From: an uncultured Pseudomonadota bacterium | GTDB taxonomy: Bacteria > Myxococcota_A > Polyangia > Fen-1088 | Direction: 5' to 3' | DNA: 64,000 nucleotides | Assembly: GCA_963847705.1 (NCBI GenBank) | Contig: CAWKBC010000025.1 | Span: 31,891 to 95,890, forward strand | Shown: positions 1-8,757 of the stretch, one piece after another | How the letters are laid out: each line of letters begins with the position of its first letter | Position numbering within the stretch: position 1 is the first letter of the stretch | Program-made: the position numbers and the translations under genes | Notes under the pieces: generated by a model | The model's input: the letters and a program-made list of their open reading frames with translations, nothing else | Told to the model about the DNA's origin: nothing | The model's database searches: none

Positions 1-433
1 AACGAGGGTCAACGGAGAGTTCGCCGGGGAAGCGCGGCGGCTGGCCGAGATCGTGCTGGACGCCGAGTCGGCCGACCCGATTCTCGCCGGACGCCCCATC
101 CTGCTCGAGGGAACCGTGCTCGGCGAAGGGACGCCGGACGAGGCCGCCGCGGGCGGCGAGGAAGAAGAGCCCGAGATCATCTACGTCGACGACGATCGGC
201 ACCGCGGTCGCGGCCGAGACCGGGGACAAGATCGAGGGCAAGACCGGGGACAGGACCGGGGGCGAGGACCCTCGAACGCGCCCCGTCCGCCCCTGGCGCC
301 GTCCACCGCCGCATCGCCGCCCATGAACCTCGCGGCGCTCGCCAGCGCCGCCCGCGCGCTCCTCACCCCCGAGCTCCGGCCGGCCTTTCTGGGCGGCGGG
401 GCCTTCGGCGGCCCCTGGAGCCGCGCCGAGTAG
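1..433 (+). CDS. 3' part of a hypothetical protein with acidic patch and DRGQ repeats (runs in from window edge)
   Basis: Frame open from the window start to TAG at 431-433; GC3-rich codons; convergent with queC. Confidence 0.6.
   Translation, partial: TRVNGEFAGEARRLAEIVLDAESADPILAGRPILLEGTVLGEGTPDEAAAGGEEEEPEIIYVDDDRHRGRGRDRGQDRGQDRGQDRGRGPSNAPRPPLAPSTAASPPMNLAALASAARALLTPELRPAFLGGGAFGGPWSRAE
218..262 (+). repeat. 12-bp coding tandem repeat, (DRGQ)x3 plus DRG
   Basis: gaccggggacaa / gatcgagggcaa / gaccggggacag / gaccggggg. Confidence 0.85.
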
Positions 434-436
434 CGC

Positions 437-1114
437 TCACGCGTAGCGGGTCGGATCCTCGACGCCCGCGAGCTCGAACCCCCGCCGGCGGAGCTGGCAC
501 GAGTCGCAGCCGCCGCAGGCCGCGCCCGCAGGCGAGGGGTCGTAGCAGGAGTGGGTCAGGCCGTAATCGACCCCCAGCTTGATCCCCGCGCGAATGATCT
601 CCGCCTTCGACATCTTGATGAGCGGCGCGCGGATGGTGACCGGACGCCGCTCGACGCCGCTCTTGGTTCCGAGGCGCGCCACCTCCTGCATCGCCGCCAG
701 CCATTCGGGCCGGCAGTCGGGATAGCCGGACGAGTCCAGCACGTTGACCCCCACGACGATCTCCGAGGCCTCGCGCACCTCGGCCAGCGCGATCGCGTAG
801 GCGAGAAAGATCGTGTTGCGCGCCGGCACGTAGGTGACCGGAATGCCGCTGCCGATCGCCGCCTCGTCGCGCCCCTTGGGGACGGCGATCTCGTCGGTGA
901 GCGCCGAGCCGCCAATCGCCCGCAGATCGAGCGTCATGACGTCGTGGCGGGAGGCGCCGAGGGCGCGGGCCACGCGCGCCGCCGCCTCCAGCTCGACGTG
1001 GTGTCGTTGCCCGTAGCGAAACGAAAGCGCGTGACAGCGGTGCCCCGCCGCCCGGGTCATGGCGAGGGCGGTCGCCGAATCGATTCCACCTGACAGAAGC
1101 ACGATGGCGTCCAT
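437..1114 (-). CDS. queC: 7-cyano-7-deazaguanine synthase
   Basis: [15 protein letters not shown]-loop, [23 protein letters not shown]-terminal SCY...CGGCDSC Zn ligands; ATG at 1114. Confidence 0.97.
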   Translation of the reverse strand: MDAIVLLSGGIDSATALAMTRAAGHRCHALSFRYGQRHHVELEAAARVARALGASRHDVMTLDLRAIGGSALTDEIAVPKGRDEAAIGSGIPVTYVPARNTIFLAYAIALAEVREASEIVVGVNVLDSSGYPDCRPEWLAAMQEVARLGTKSGVERRPVTIRAPLIKMSKAEIIRAGIKLGVDYGLTHSCYDPSPAGAACGGCDSCQLRRRGFELAGVEDPTRYA

Positions 1115-1245
1115 GGGGGGCCCAAGCTCCCGCAGCCGACGCCGCGGAGTCAAGCGCCGCCGGCCCGTACACCTCGGCCGCCGGGGCCGCCACATCCGCC
1201 AACGGCGATCCCTCGCCGATCGCCCGCGTACAATGCCCATCGACG

Positions 1246-2091
1246 ATGCCCTCCGCACAGAGCCCGTTCGACGACCCGCTTCTCTACGACTGGGAGTACC
1301 GCCGGCGACGGGACGACGTCCGCTTCTACCGGACGCTGGCCGGCGAACGCGGCGGACCGGTGCTCGATCTCGGCTGCGGGACCGGGCGTCTCATGCTGCC
1401 GCTGCTGCGCGACGGGCACGTCGTCGTCGGCGTCGACCGCGCGCGGCCGATGCTGACCCGCGCCGCTGCCCGGGTGGCGCGCCTCCGCGCCGAGCTGCGG
1501 CGGCGGGCGCTGCTCGTCCGTGGCGATCTGCGGGCGCTGCCTTTCGCGGAGCGAAGTTTCTCCTTCGCCGTGGCGGCGTTTCACACGATCCAGCACTGCG
1601 AATCGGACCGCGAGCTGTTGCAGTTCTTTCGGGGGGCGGCCGCCGCGCTCTTGCCCGGGGGGTGGCTGGCGTTCGACACGTTCGCGCCGACCCGCCGGTT
1701 CGTCGAGCGGCGCGGGCCGTCGGCCCCGACGCGGTTTCGCGATCCGCGGAGCGGACGCGCGACGATCTACACCGAGAGCCACGTTCTCGACGGTCGTGTC
1801 CTGGCGATGACGTTCCGTTATCAACCCGTCACCGGGGGGACAAAACGAGCCCGGACTGTTTCATTGCGTCACCGTCTGCTTCAACCCCGCGAAATCGAAG
1901 CACTGCTGGCCCGCGCCGGGCTCAGACTGATCGCCAGTTGGGGCTCGTTTGACGGTGTTCCACTCGATCCCGACGACGAGCGCGGCGAGCAACACATCTA
2001 TTTGGCACGCATCGAGCACACCAAAACGAGGGACACCAAAAGCAAGACGAAGCGGAGGACGACGCGCCGCGTGGGCTCGAAACAAAGCTAA
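1246..2091 (+). CDS. Class I SAM-dependent methyltransferase with basic C-terminal tail
   Basis: [10 protein letters not shown] motif I, VGVD, GDLR, LLPGG motifs. Confidence 0.9.
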   Translation: MPSAQSPFDDPLLYDWEYRRRRDDVRFYRTLAGERGGPVLDLGCGTGRLMLPLLRDGHVVVGVDRARPMLTRAAARVARLRAELRRRALLVRGDLRALPFAERSFSFAVAAFHTIQHCESDRELLQFFRGAAAALLPGGWLAFDTFAPTRRFVERRGPSAPTRFRDPRSGRATIYTESHVLDGRVLAMTFRYQPVTGGTKRARTVSLRHRLLQPREIEALLARAGLRLIASWGSFDGVPLDPDDERGEQHIYLARIEHTKTRDTKSKTKRRTTRRVGSKQS

Positions 2092-2131
2092 AAACAGGGG
2101 CCGGACAGGCGATCGGCGCCGGGAATCCCCC

Positions 2132-2159
2132 TTGACAGCCCTGCGGCCCCCGATACGAT
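2132..2159 (+). promoter_or_regulatory. Sigma70-type promoter of the Lys-rich protein gene
   Basis: TTGACA-16 bp-TACGAT; GGAGG-type RBS upstream of ATG 2217. Confidence 0.65.
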
Positions 2160-2216
2160 GCACGTGACCTTTTGCAGCTGATTTTTTCGCAAACTTTCTG
2201 ACGGAGGGCCTCCGAG

Positions 2217-2615
2217 ATGGCGGAGAAAGTCGCAAAGCTGGGTGTCGAGCGTGAGAAGGACTTCATGTATTACGTGAAGGACGGCGAGGTCTGGAAGGTT
2301 CAGCGAAAGCAGCCGGGCGTGCCCAAAGGACGGCCGGAGAAGGTCGCCGACGGTGGTTTTCAGGTCGATACGAACTACATCTACTTCGTCGATCGTGACG
2401 GCGACGTTGCACGTGCCAAACGGGCCGTCGGCGGGCAGAAGCGAAAGAAGAAGACCGGGCCCGGCAAGTCGAAGAAGGCCGCCGCCCGCAGGAAACCGGC
2501 CGCCAAGAAGAAGGTGGCCGCCAAGAAGAAAGGCGGCCCCAAGAAGAAGGTCGCCGCCAAGAAGAAGTCGGCCGGCAAGAAAAAGCCGGCGGGCAAGAAG
2601 AAAGGCCGCCGCTAG
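2217..2615 (+). CDS. Small basic protein: internally duplicated N-terminal module plus histone-H1-like AAKKK tail (putative nucleoid-associated protein)
   Basis: EKVAKLGVEREKDFMYYVKDGEV vs EKVADGGFQVDTNYIYFVDRDGDV; tail of K/A/P/G repeats; own promoter and terminator. Confidence 0.85.
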   Translation: MAEKVAKLGVEREKDFMYYVKDGEVWKVQRKQPGVPKGRPEKVADGGFQVDTNYIYFVDRDGDVARAKRAVGGQKRKKKTGPGKSKKAAARRKPAAKKKVAAKKKGGPKKKVAAKKKSAGKKKPAGKKKGRR

Positions 2616-2677
2616 TTGAGCGACCGGTCAGTTGATCAGTTGCTCGGCCGTTGGAGCAGTTGAGCCAACGACGATTC

Positions 2678-2713
2678 AAAGGGCCGCCAGGCATTCGTGC
2701 CGGCGGCCCTTTT
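2678..2713. terminator. Bidirectional intrinsic terminator
   Basis: aaagggccgcc-aggca-ttcg-tgcc-ggcggccctttt between convergent genes. Confidence 0.85.
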
Positions 2714-2736
2714 CATTTGGTCACGGCCGCTCTGCG

Positions 2737-5199
2737 CTATCGACCGCGCCCGCGTCGACCGCCGCCGCCACCGCGACGCCGGCTGTTCCCTCCGGCGGTG
2801 CCGCCGCGCCGCGAGGGCTTGCGGCGATTGACCGAGGCTGCGGCAGCCGCATCAGCGACGACCACCGCCGACGCCGGGGTCGCATCCCAGGGCGGCTGGT
2901 AGGCGAACCGGTAGAGGATCCAGACGAACCCCAGCAGCGTCGCGATCGACATCGCCATGTACTGCTCGTCGAGCCACTGCGACCACTTGAGCCCCATCCA
3001 GGGCTTCACGTCGGGGATGTAACGGGTCGGCGACCAGTCGATGAGGCCGGTCATCGCCGTGATCCCCAGCAGGATGACGCCGGCCTCGCGGCGCTTGTGA
3101 TAGAGCAGCGCGATCGCGAACAGGAACGAGTAGTAGTAGCAGGTCAGCTCGACGCCCACGGCCATCATCATCGCGCCGAGCGAGCAGGCCACCCACGGCT
3201 CGGCGTCGCGCAGCGCTTGATAGAGCAGCACCACGAATCCGCCAGCCAGGAGGACATAGAGCGGATAGCGCGCGTGGAAGGTCCTCACCTTCTGCCGCTT
3301 CCAGGGGCCCCAGGGGTCCTCCTGCCGATCGTCCTTCATCACGCGGCCCGCTTCCGACGGGCTGTAGGCGACGACCGTGCGCAGCCCCATGTAGTTGGTG
3401 AGCGGCGTCTCCTTGTGCTTGTTGGTGTTGAAGATGAAGGCGCGGTAGCCGGCGATGCCGTTGCTCGTCACCAAGCTGATGGGCACCAGGATGGCGGCCG
3501 CCAGCGCCCCGCCGGCCAGGATCGCCACGAAGCGGCGATCCGCGCGGGCGACGAGCGCTCGCCAGGAGTCCCAGGGCTCCGGCTTCCACCAGGGGCGCGG
3601 CGGCGGCCCGTCGCTCGCCGCCACTGTGCCCGCCCCCGCGGCCTCGGCAGAGCCCTTCTCGGACGGCGTGTCCGAAGGGAAGACGCCCACCTTGCCCCAG
3701 AGCTGCCGGATCAGCACCAGGATCGGGCCGGAAAAAATGAAGAGCGGGAAGATGCGCAGCAGCGTCGAATAGCCGAGGAAGAACCCGCCCAGGAGCGGGC
3801 GGTCCTTCTTCACCAGGCAGACCCCCCCCACCAGGTAGAACAGCCAGTCCCAGCGCAAGAGCGAGCCGCCCGTCCAATAGAAGCGTGAGGGGAAGTTGGT
3901 GGCGAACACCGCCAGCGCGACGCACATGGTGCGCCAGCCGAACGCCCACCAGGACATGAGGATGATCCCGAAGATGAAGAACGGATCGATCTTGGTGAGG
4001 AAGCTGACCTGGGCGTCGCTGATCGGCGACAGGTTCGTCAGCGTCGTACCGACGATGTTCCAGACCGGCGAGCCGTTGTAGCCGTGGTCGGTCTGCGCCT
4101 CTTCCCAGCGCTTGATGTCGTGGTGGTTCCGGAAGTAGGCGACGTCGTGCCTGAAGTCGGCCCAGCGCTCCGCCGTGAAGTGGACCTTGCAGGTGCCGAT
4201 CGGGTCGGCCATGACGTTCTTGGTGTCGACCATCATGTTGGTGCGCAGGTTCATGATCTTGCGCAGCTCGACCCGACGCTTCAGCCCCGGCTCCTCGGCG
4301 TCGGCCACCGCGACGCACTCGTAGAGGCGGTCGTACGACAGCTCTTTGAAGTACTTCGAGCCGATGTAGTAGTGGAACGTGTCCCACATGTGGACGTAGT
4401 TCCCGAAGTGGAAGCTGAAGAAGTTCCAGTAGGCGCAGAACGACAGCACGCCGACCACCATCAGCAGGCGATCGCGCAGCTTGCGCTTCCAGTCGGGGCG
4501 CCCCTTCCTGGCCAGCCAGATCCCCCAGCCGATGAGCGCCATTGCCGCCAGCGCCAGGCACATCTCCAACCGCGAGCTGGCGTCGTTCTCCCACCAGGCG
4601 AACTTCCAGAATCCCGGCTCGACGACGATGGCCGGCGGCGCGTTGCTGATGTTCAGCTTCGGGGGGAACGGCGTGGGCGCGCGGCAGTAGGCCTGGAACT
4701 CGGCGATCGAGTAGGCCCCGTCACCGACCGGCTCGCCGACCTTGAGGAAGCGGACCGGCGTGGGGTCGATGGTGGCGGTCCGCGTGCGGAAGCCGTGCCC
4801 CTGCGAGGCGACCACGTTGTCGATCTCGACCAGCAGCTTGAACGCCTCCGGTCTGTTCACGTCGGCGCCGAAGATCTTGTAGGTGTCGTTGGCGTCGGCC
4901 TGGAGCAGGAACGACGAGACCGGACGGATCGACCCGAGGTCGTAGGTCAACGACCCGGCGGGCGTCTCCAGGATCACGCCGACCGGCGCGTCCCACTGCG
5001 CCCCCTCGGGCGCGGCGGCGTTGTCCGTGGGCAGGTTGAAATCGCCTCGGATGTCCTGGCGCCAGACGGGGACCTTGCGCCCGAGAAGGTTGTCGGTCGT
5101 GCAGTCGCCCGACGACTGCAGCGCCTGCGCGCCTGCGCGGCCCGACGCCAGCGTGACCAGCGCGAACCCCAACCCCAAGGCTAATTTACGGGAGATCAC
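2737..5199 (-). CDS. Polytopic membrane protein: signal peptide, discoidin/F5-8-like domain, GT-C (GT87-like) membrane region
   Basis: LTYDLGSIRPVSSFLLQADANDTY and YSIAEFQAY discoidin-like motifs; HMWDTFHYYIGSKYF and DHGYNGSPVW loops; more than 10 hydrophobic segments. Confidence 0.7.
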   Translation of the reverse strand: MISRKLALGLGFALVTLASGRAGAQALQSSGDCTTDNLLGRKVPVWRQDIRGDFNLPTDNAAAPEGAQWDAPVGVILETPAGSLTYDLGSIRPVSSFLLQADANDTYKIFGADVNRPEAFKLLVEIDNVVASQGHGFRTRTATIDPTPVRFLKVGEPVGDGAYSIAEFQAYCRAPTPFPPKLNISNAPPAIVVEPGFWKFAWWENDASSRLEMCLALAAMALIGWGIWLARKGRPDWKRKLRDRLLMVVGVLSFCAYWNFFSFHFGNYVHMWDTFHYYIGSKYFKELSYDRLYECVAVADAEEPGLKRRVELRKIMNLRTNMMVDTKNVMADPIGTCKVHFTAERWADFRHDVAYFRNHHDIKRWEEAQTDHGYNGSPVWNIVGTTLTNLSPISDAQVSFLTKIDPFFIFGIILMSWWAFGWRTMCVALAVFATNFPSRFYWTGGSLLRWDWLFYLVGGVCLVKKDRPLLGGFFLGYSTLLRIFPLFIFSGPILVLIRQLWGKVGVFPSDTPSEKGSAEAAGAGTVAASDGPPPRPWWKPEPWDSWRALVARADRRFVAILAGGALAAAILVPISLVTSNGIAGYRAFIFNTNKHKETPLTNYMGLRTVVAYSPSEAGRVMKDDRQEDPWGPWKRQKVRTFHARYPLYVLLAGGFVVLLYQALRDAEPWVACSLGAMMMAVGVELTCYYYSFLFAIALLYHKRREAGVILLGITAMTGLIDWSPTRYIPDVKPWMGLKWSQWLDEQYMAMSIATLLGFVWILYRFAYQPPWDATPASAVVVADAAAAASVNRRKPSRRGGTAGGNSRRRGGGGGRRGRGR

Positions 5200-5300
5200 A
5201 GCGGGGCGACATTACCACCAAATTCGCCGGGCCAACCTGGGGTTTGCCGCGCACAGTCCAGTCGCGGCGAGCCCCCACCTATGCGATTCTTCGGGGCTTC

Positions 5301-6620
5301 ATGCACCCGAGTCTCGCGCTGCTGCTGACGGCGGTGATGGTCCTGGCCAACGCCTTCTTCGTCGCGGCCGAGTTCGCCTTCGTCAAGATCCGCCCGACGC
5401 GGCTGCAGCAGCTGGCCAAGGAGGGACGCCGGCGCGCCCGTCTCCTCATCACCATCACCCAGCAGCTTCCGGCCTATCTGTCGGCCAGTCAGCTGGGCAT
5501 CACGGTGGCGTCGCTGACGCTGGGCTGGCTGGGTGAGCCGGCCTTCGCCGCAATCCTGCGGCCGGCGCTCCACCGCGCCGGCGCGATGTCCGAACGAACG
5601 GTGCACACGCTGGCCGCCACGGTCAGCCTCATCGTCATCACCTTCCTGCACACCGTGCTGGGGGAGCTGGCACCGAAGGCGCTGGCGATCCAGCTCACCG
5701 AGCCGATCGCGCTGTGGGCGGTGGTGCCGTTCCGGGTGTTCTACGTGATCACCTTCCCGATCATCTGGATGCTCAAGGGGGCGGCGGCGCTGGTGCTCAA
5801 GATCCTGCGACTGCCGCCGGTCTCCGAGGCAGAGATGGTCCACTCCCCCGACGAGCTGCGCCTGGTCCTGCAGCACGTCCACCTCGATCCCGGAGCCCGC
5901 CGCCTCATCGATCGGGTGTTCGACTACACCCATCGGCTGGCGCGCCACGTGATGACGTTGCGGCGCGACGTCGTCACCCTGGAGGCGGGACGGCCGTTCG
6001 AGGACAACCTGCGGATCGCCGTGGCCAACCAGTACACCCGATACCCGCTGGTCGAGCCGGTGACCGACCGCGTGGTCGGCTACGTCCACCTCAAGGACAT
6101 CGTGACGGCGCTGGCCTCGGACACGCGACCGGCCCGGATGCGGGAGCTGGTGCGCGAACCGATCTACGCCTCGGAGGACACGCGGCTCGAGTGGCTGCGG
6201 CGCGAGTTCCAGCGCCGCCGCGTGCACATCGCCGTCATCCTCGGCTCGGGCCACACCTTCACGGGGATCGTCACGCTCGAAGATCTCGTCGAGGAGGTGG
6301 TCGGCGAGATTCAAGACGAGCAGGACGCCGAGGAGATTCCCCCCATTCGTCGCAACGCCGACGGCAGCTTCGACGTCGACGGTCGCCTCACGCTCGACGT
6401 CGCCGCGCGCGAGCTCGGTCTCATCTTCCCCAAGGTCCCGCCCGAGGTGGAGACGCTGGGCGGCTTCATCATCACGCAGCTCCCCGAGCTCCCCGTCCCC
6501 GGCGACGAGATCTCGACGGTGGGGTTCCACTTCACCGTCCTCGACGTGCGCGATCGGCGCGTCCGGCGCCTGCACGCCGTGCCATTGCCCGCCGGGGAGC
6601 CTCCGACCTCCGAGGGGTGA
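5301..6620 (+). CDS. HlyC/CorC (CNNM-CBS-CorC) family transporter-associated protein
   Basis: NAFFVAAEFA, SQLGIT, GELAPK, CBS pair, GIVTLEDLVEEVVGEIQDEQD, ETLGG. Confidence 0.95.
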   Translation: MHPSLALLLTAVMVLANAFFVAAEFAFVKIRPTRLQQLAKEGRRRARLLITITQQLPAYLSASQLGITVASLTLGWLGEPAFAAILRPALHRAGAMSERTVHTLAATVSLIVITFLHTVLGELAPKALAIQLTEPIALWAVVPFRVFYVITFPIIWMLKGAAALVLKILRLPPVSEAEMVHSPDELRLVLQHVHLDPGARRLIDRVFDYTHRLARHVMTLRRDVVTLEAGRPFEDNLRIAVANQYTRYPLVEPVTDRVVGYVHLKDIVTALASDTRPARMRELVREPIYASEDTRLEWLRREFQRRRVHIAVILGSGHTFTGIVTLEDLVEEVVGEIQDEQDAEEIPPIRRNADGSFDVDGRLTLDVAARELGLIFPKVPPEVETLGGFIITQLPELPVPGDEISTVGFHFTVLDVRDRRVRRLHAVPLPAGEPPTSEG

Positions 6621-6707
6621 TCCCTATCATTTCGGTGATTTGCGACGGCGCTTACAAAAAAACCAACTTTTTTGAGCCCGATCACGCCGGAATAGCCACT
6701 TACCCAT

Positions 6708-8735
6708 ATGGTGCGCCCCCGGTACCGAGGATTGGGTGCGGGCATTGTCGCGCTGGCATTGGCGACCCTCACCCCAGGTTGTGCTCCCAGCTCCCCGGAC
6801 ACGAACGGTCCGGACATCGGCGCGGTCGACAGCGATCCGCACGCGGTCACCGGCGAGTTCGTGACCTACATCGCCGACAAGCGAGACGGCACCACCGAGT
6901 GGTGGCACGCCGTCCGCACGTCCGACGGACGTGAGGTCCGGCTCGACTTCGACACGCCGTCCCTGACCGCGACCGGGACCCAGGTGCGCGTTCACGGCGA
7001 CGTCGTCGGCGCACGAATGCACGTCGCGACGCTGGAGGAGCTCCCGGCGCTGCAGATCGCCGCCGAAGGGGAGCCGCCGCCGACCACCTACGCCGCGCCG
7101 TCGCCCGACTCCTACGCACTGGTGCTCGTCGATCTGGGCAGCGGCGTCAACCTCACGGCGGCGCAGGGGCAGGCCTACCTCGCCAGCCAGACCCCGACCG
7201 ATAAATCATTCGCCGCGTATTACGACGAGGTGTCGTACGGGAAGTATCAAGTGACCGGCTCGGTCATCGGCCCCTACCCCTTCTCGATGACCACCTGTGA
7301 CACCACCGGGATGTACAAGGCGATCGAGCCGATGATCACCGGCACGTACAACCACCTCATCTACTACTTCAACGAGACCAGCCTCTGCGACTTCGGCGGG
7401 CTCGGGGAAGAAGGCTCCTCTTTGAAGCCGGCCAAGCGGACCTGGATGAACGGCTCGCTCAGCTGCGTGGTCCTGATGCAGGAGCCGGGGCACAACCTCG
7501 GCCTCATGCACGCCAACACCATCAAGTGCGGCACCAGCAGCTTCTCCACCACGCCGGCCACCTCCTGCACGATCACCGAGTACGGCAGCTCGATGACGAC
7601 GATGGGTGGCGGCTGCAAGCAGTTCAACGCCTACGAGCGCTGGTACATGAGCTGGCTCTCCGGCTGCAACGGCGTCAAGACGCCGGCGAACGGCACCTTC
7701 AACCTGCTGCCTCTCGAGACCAACTGCTCGGGCGGCACCGGGATCCAGGTGTTGCAGGTCCCGTTCCCCGCGACGCTGACGGTCAGCGATCCGCAGTCGA
7801 CGACCACCGCCGTCAACCTCAACGACTACTACGTCGAGCTGCGCACCGCGGGCGGCATCTTCGACGCCTACGCCACGCGCGCGCCGACCTCGGGCGTCGT
7901 CTTCACCGGGCCCACGGTCTTCGTCTACGCCAGCGACAACATCCGGGTGCCCACGACGAGCACGCGCGGCGGCACCACCCAGCAGAACAGCGTCTGGACC
8001 GAGCTGCTCAACATGAACCCCTCCGCGAACGCCTTCGCCGGGCTCACCACGGCCGGGCAGAGCTTCGTCGATCCGGCGGGCGGCCCGACGATCACGCTGA
8101 CCTCGATCAGCGCGACGGGCGCCACCGTGACCGTCAGCTACCCGAACGGCGGAACCGGCTCGCCCACCTGCATCGACGGCACGGCGCTGACGGCGCCCGG
8201 GCCGACCAGCTGCACGGGCTCGACGACCGGCACCGGTGGCACGACCGGCACCACTGCCACCGGCGGAACGACCGGCGCCGCGGGCGCCAAAGGCACCGGG
8301 GGAACCACCGGCGCGGCTGGTGCCAAGGGGACCGGCGGGACGACCACCACCGGCGCCGCCGGCGCCAAAGGGACCGGCGGGACGACCACCACCGGCACCG
8401 GCGGCTCCACCACCGGCACCGGAACCGGCGGCTCCACGACGGTGACGGGAACGGGCGGCTCCACGACCACCGGGACCGGCGGCAACGGCACAACGACCGG
8501 TGCCGGAGGGACCTCCACCTCCGGAAACGGCGGCGCGACGGGCGCCGGAACAGGAGGCGCCGGCGCCGGCAGCGCGACGCCGATCGACGAGACCCCCGCC
8601 ACGCTGACGGGCGGATGCTCGTGCAGCTTCGATGCGGCTCACCCGTCCGGCTCGCCCCCCGGGCTCTGGTTGGCGCTCGGCGGCCTCGTCGGTGTCGGCC
8701 TCGTCCGCGCGCGGCGCCCCCGCAAGCGCGGCTGA
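6708..8735 (+). CDS. Secreted lipoprotein with M11/M6-like metallopeptidase domain (QExxH variant), Gly/Thr linker and MYXO-CTERM-like anchor
   Basis: Lipobox LTPGC; QEPGHNLGLMHAN, EYG..MTTMGG; GGCSC + TM + RARRPRKRG C-terminus. Confidence 0.8.
   Translation: MVRPRYRGLGAGIVALALATLTPGCAPSSPDTNGPDIGAVDSDPHAVTGEFVTYIADKRDGTTEWWHAVRTSDGREVRLDFDTPSLTATGTQVRVHGDVVGARMHVATLEELPALQIAAEGEPPPTTYAAPSPDSYALVLVDLGSGVNLTAAQGQAYLASQTPTDKSFAAYYDEVSYGKYQVTGSVIGPYPFSMTTCDTTGMYKAIEPMITGTYNHLIYYFNETSLCDFGGLGEEGSSLKPAKRTWMNGSLSCVVLMQEPGHNLGLMHANTIKCGTSSFSTTPATSCTITEYGSSMTTMGGGCKQFNAYERWYMSWLSGCNGVKTPANGTFNLLPLETNCSGGTGIQVLQVPFPATLTVSDPQSTTTAVNLNDYYVELRTAGGIFDAYATRAPTSGVVFTGPTVFVYASDNIRVPTTSTRGGTTQQNSVWTELLNMNPSANAFAGLTTAGQSFVDPAGGPTITLTSISATGATVTVSYPNGGTGSPTCIDGTALTAPGPTSCTGSTTGTGGTTGTTATGGTTGAAGAKGTGGTTGAAGAKGTGGTTTTGAAGAKGTGGTTTTGTGGSTTGTGTGGSTTVTGTGGSTTTGTGGNGTTTGAGGTSTSGNGGATGAGTGGAGAGSATPIDETPATLTGGCSCSFDAAHPSGSPPGLWLALGGLVGVGLVRARRPRKRG
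8229..8570 (+). repeat. Low-complexity Gly/Thr linker with GTGGTT(TT)GAAGAK repeats
   Basis: Three near-identical GAAGAKGTGGTT units followed by GTGGSTT units. Confidence 0.85.
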
Positions 8736-8757
8736 GCGTGCCGGGCGCCGCAGCACC

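Noticed and set aside
1115-1245. preQ1 riboswitch upstream of queC
   Set aside because: No recognisable preQ1 stem-loop or A-rich tail.
437-2091. queC plus methyltransferase as a Dpd/QatC-type DNA-modification or defence system
   Set aside because: QueC looks like the canonical housekeeping enzyme; no dpdA, qat or nuclease genes nearby.
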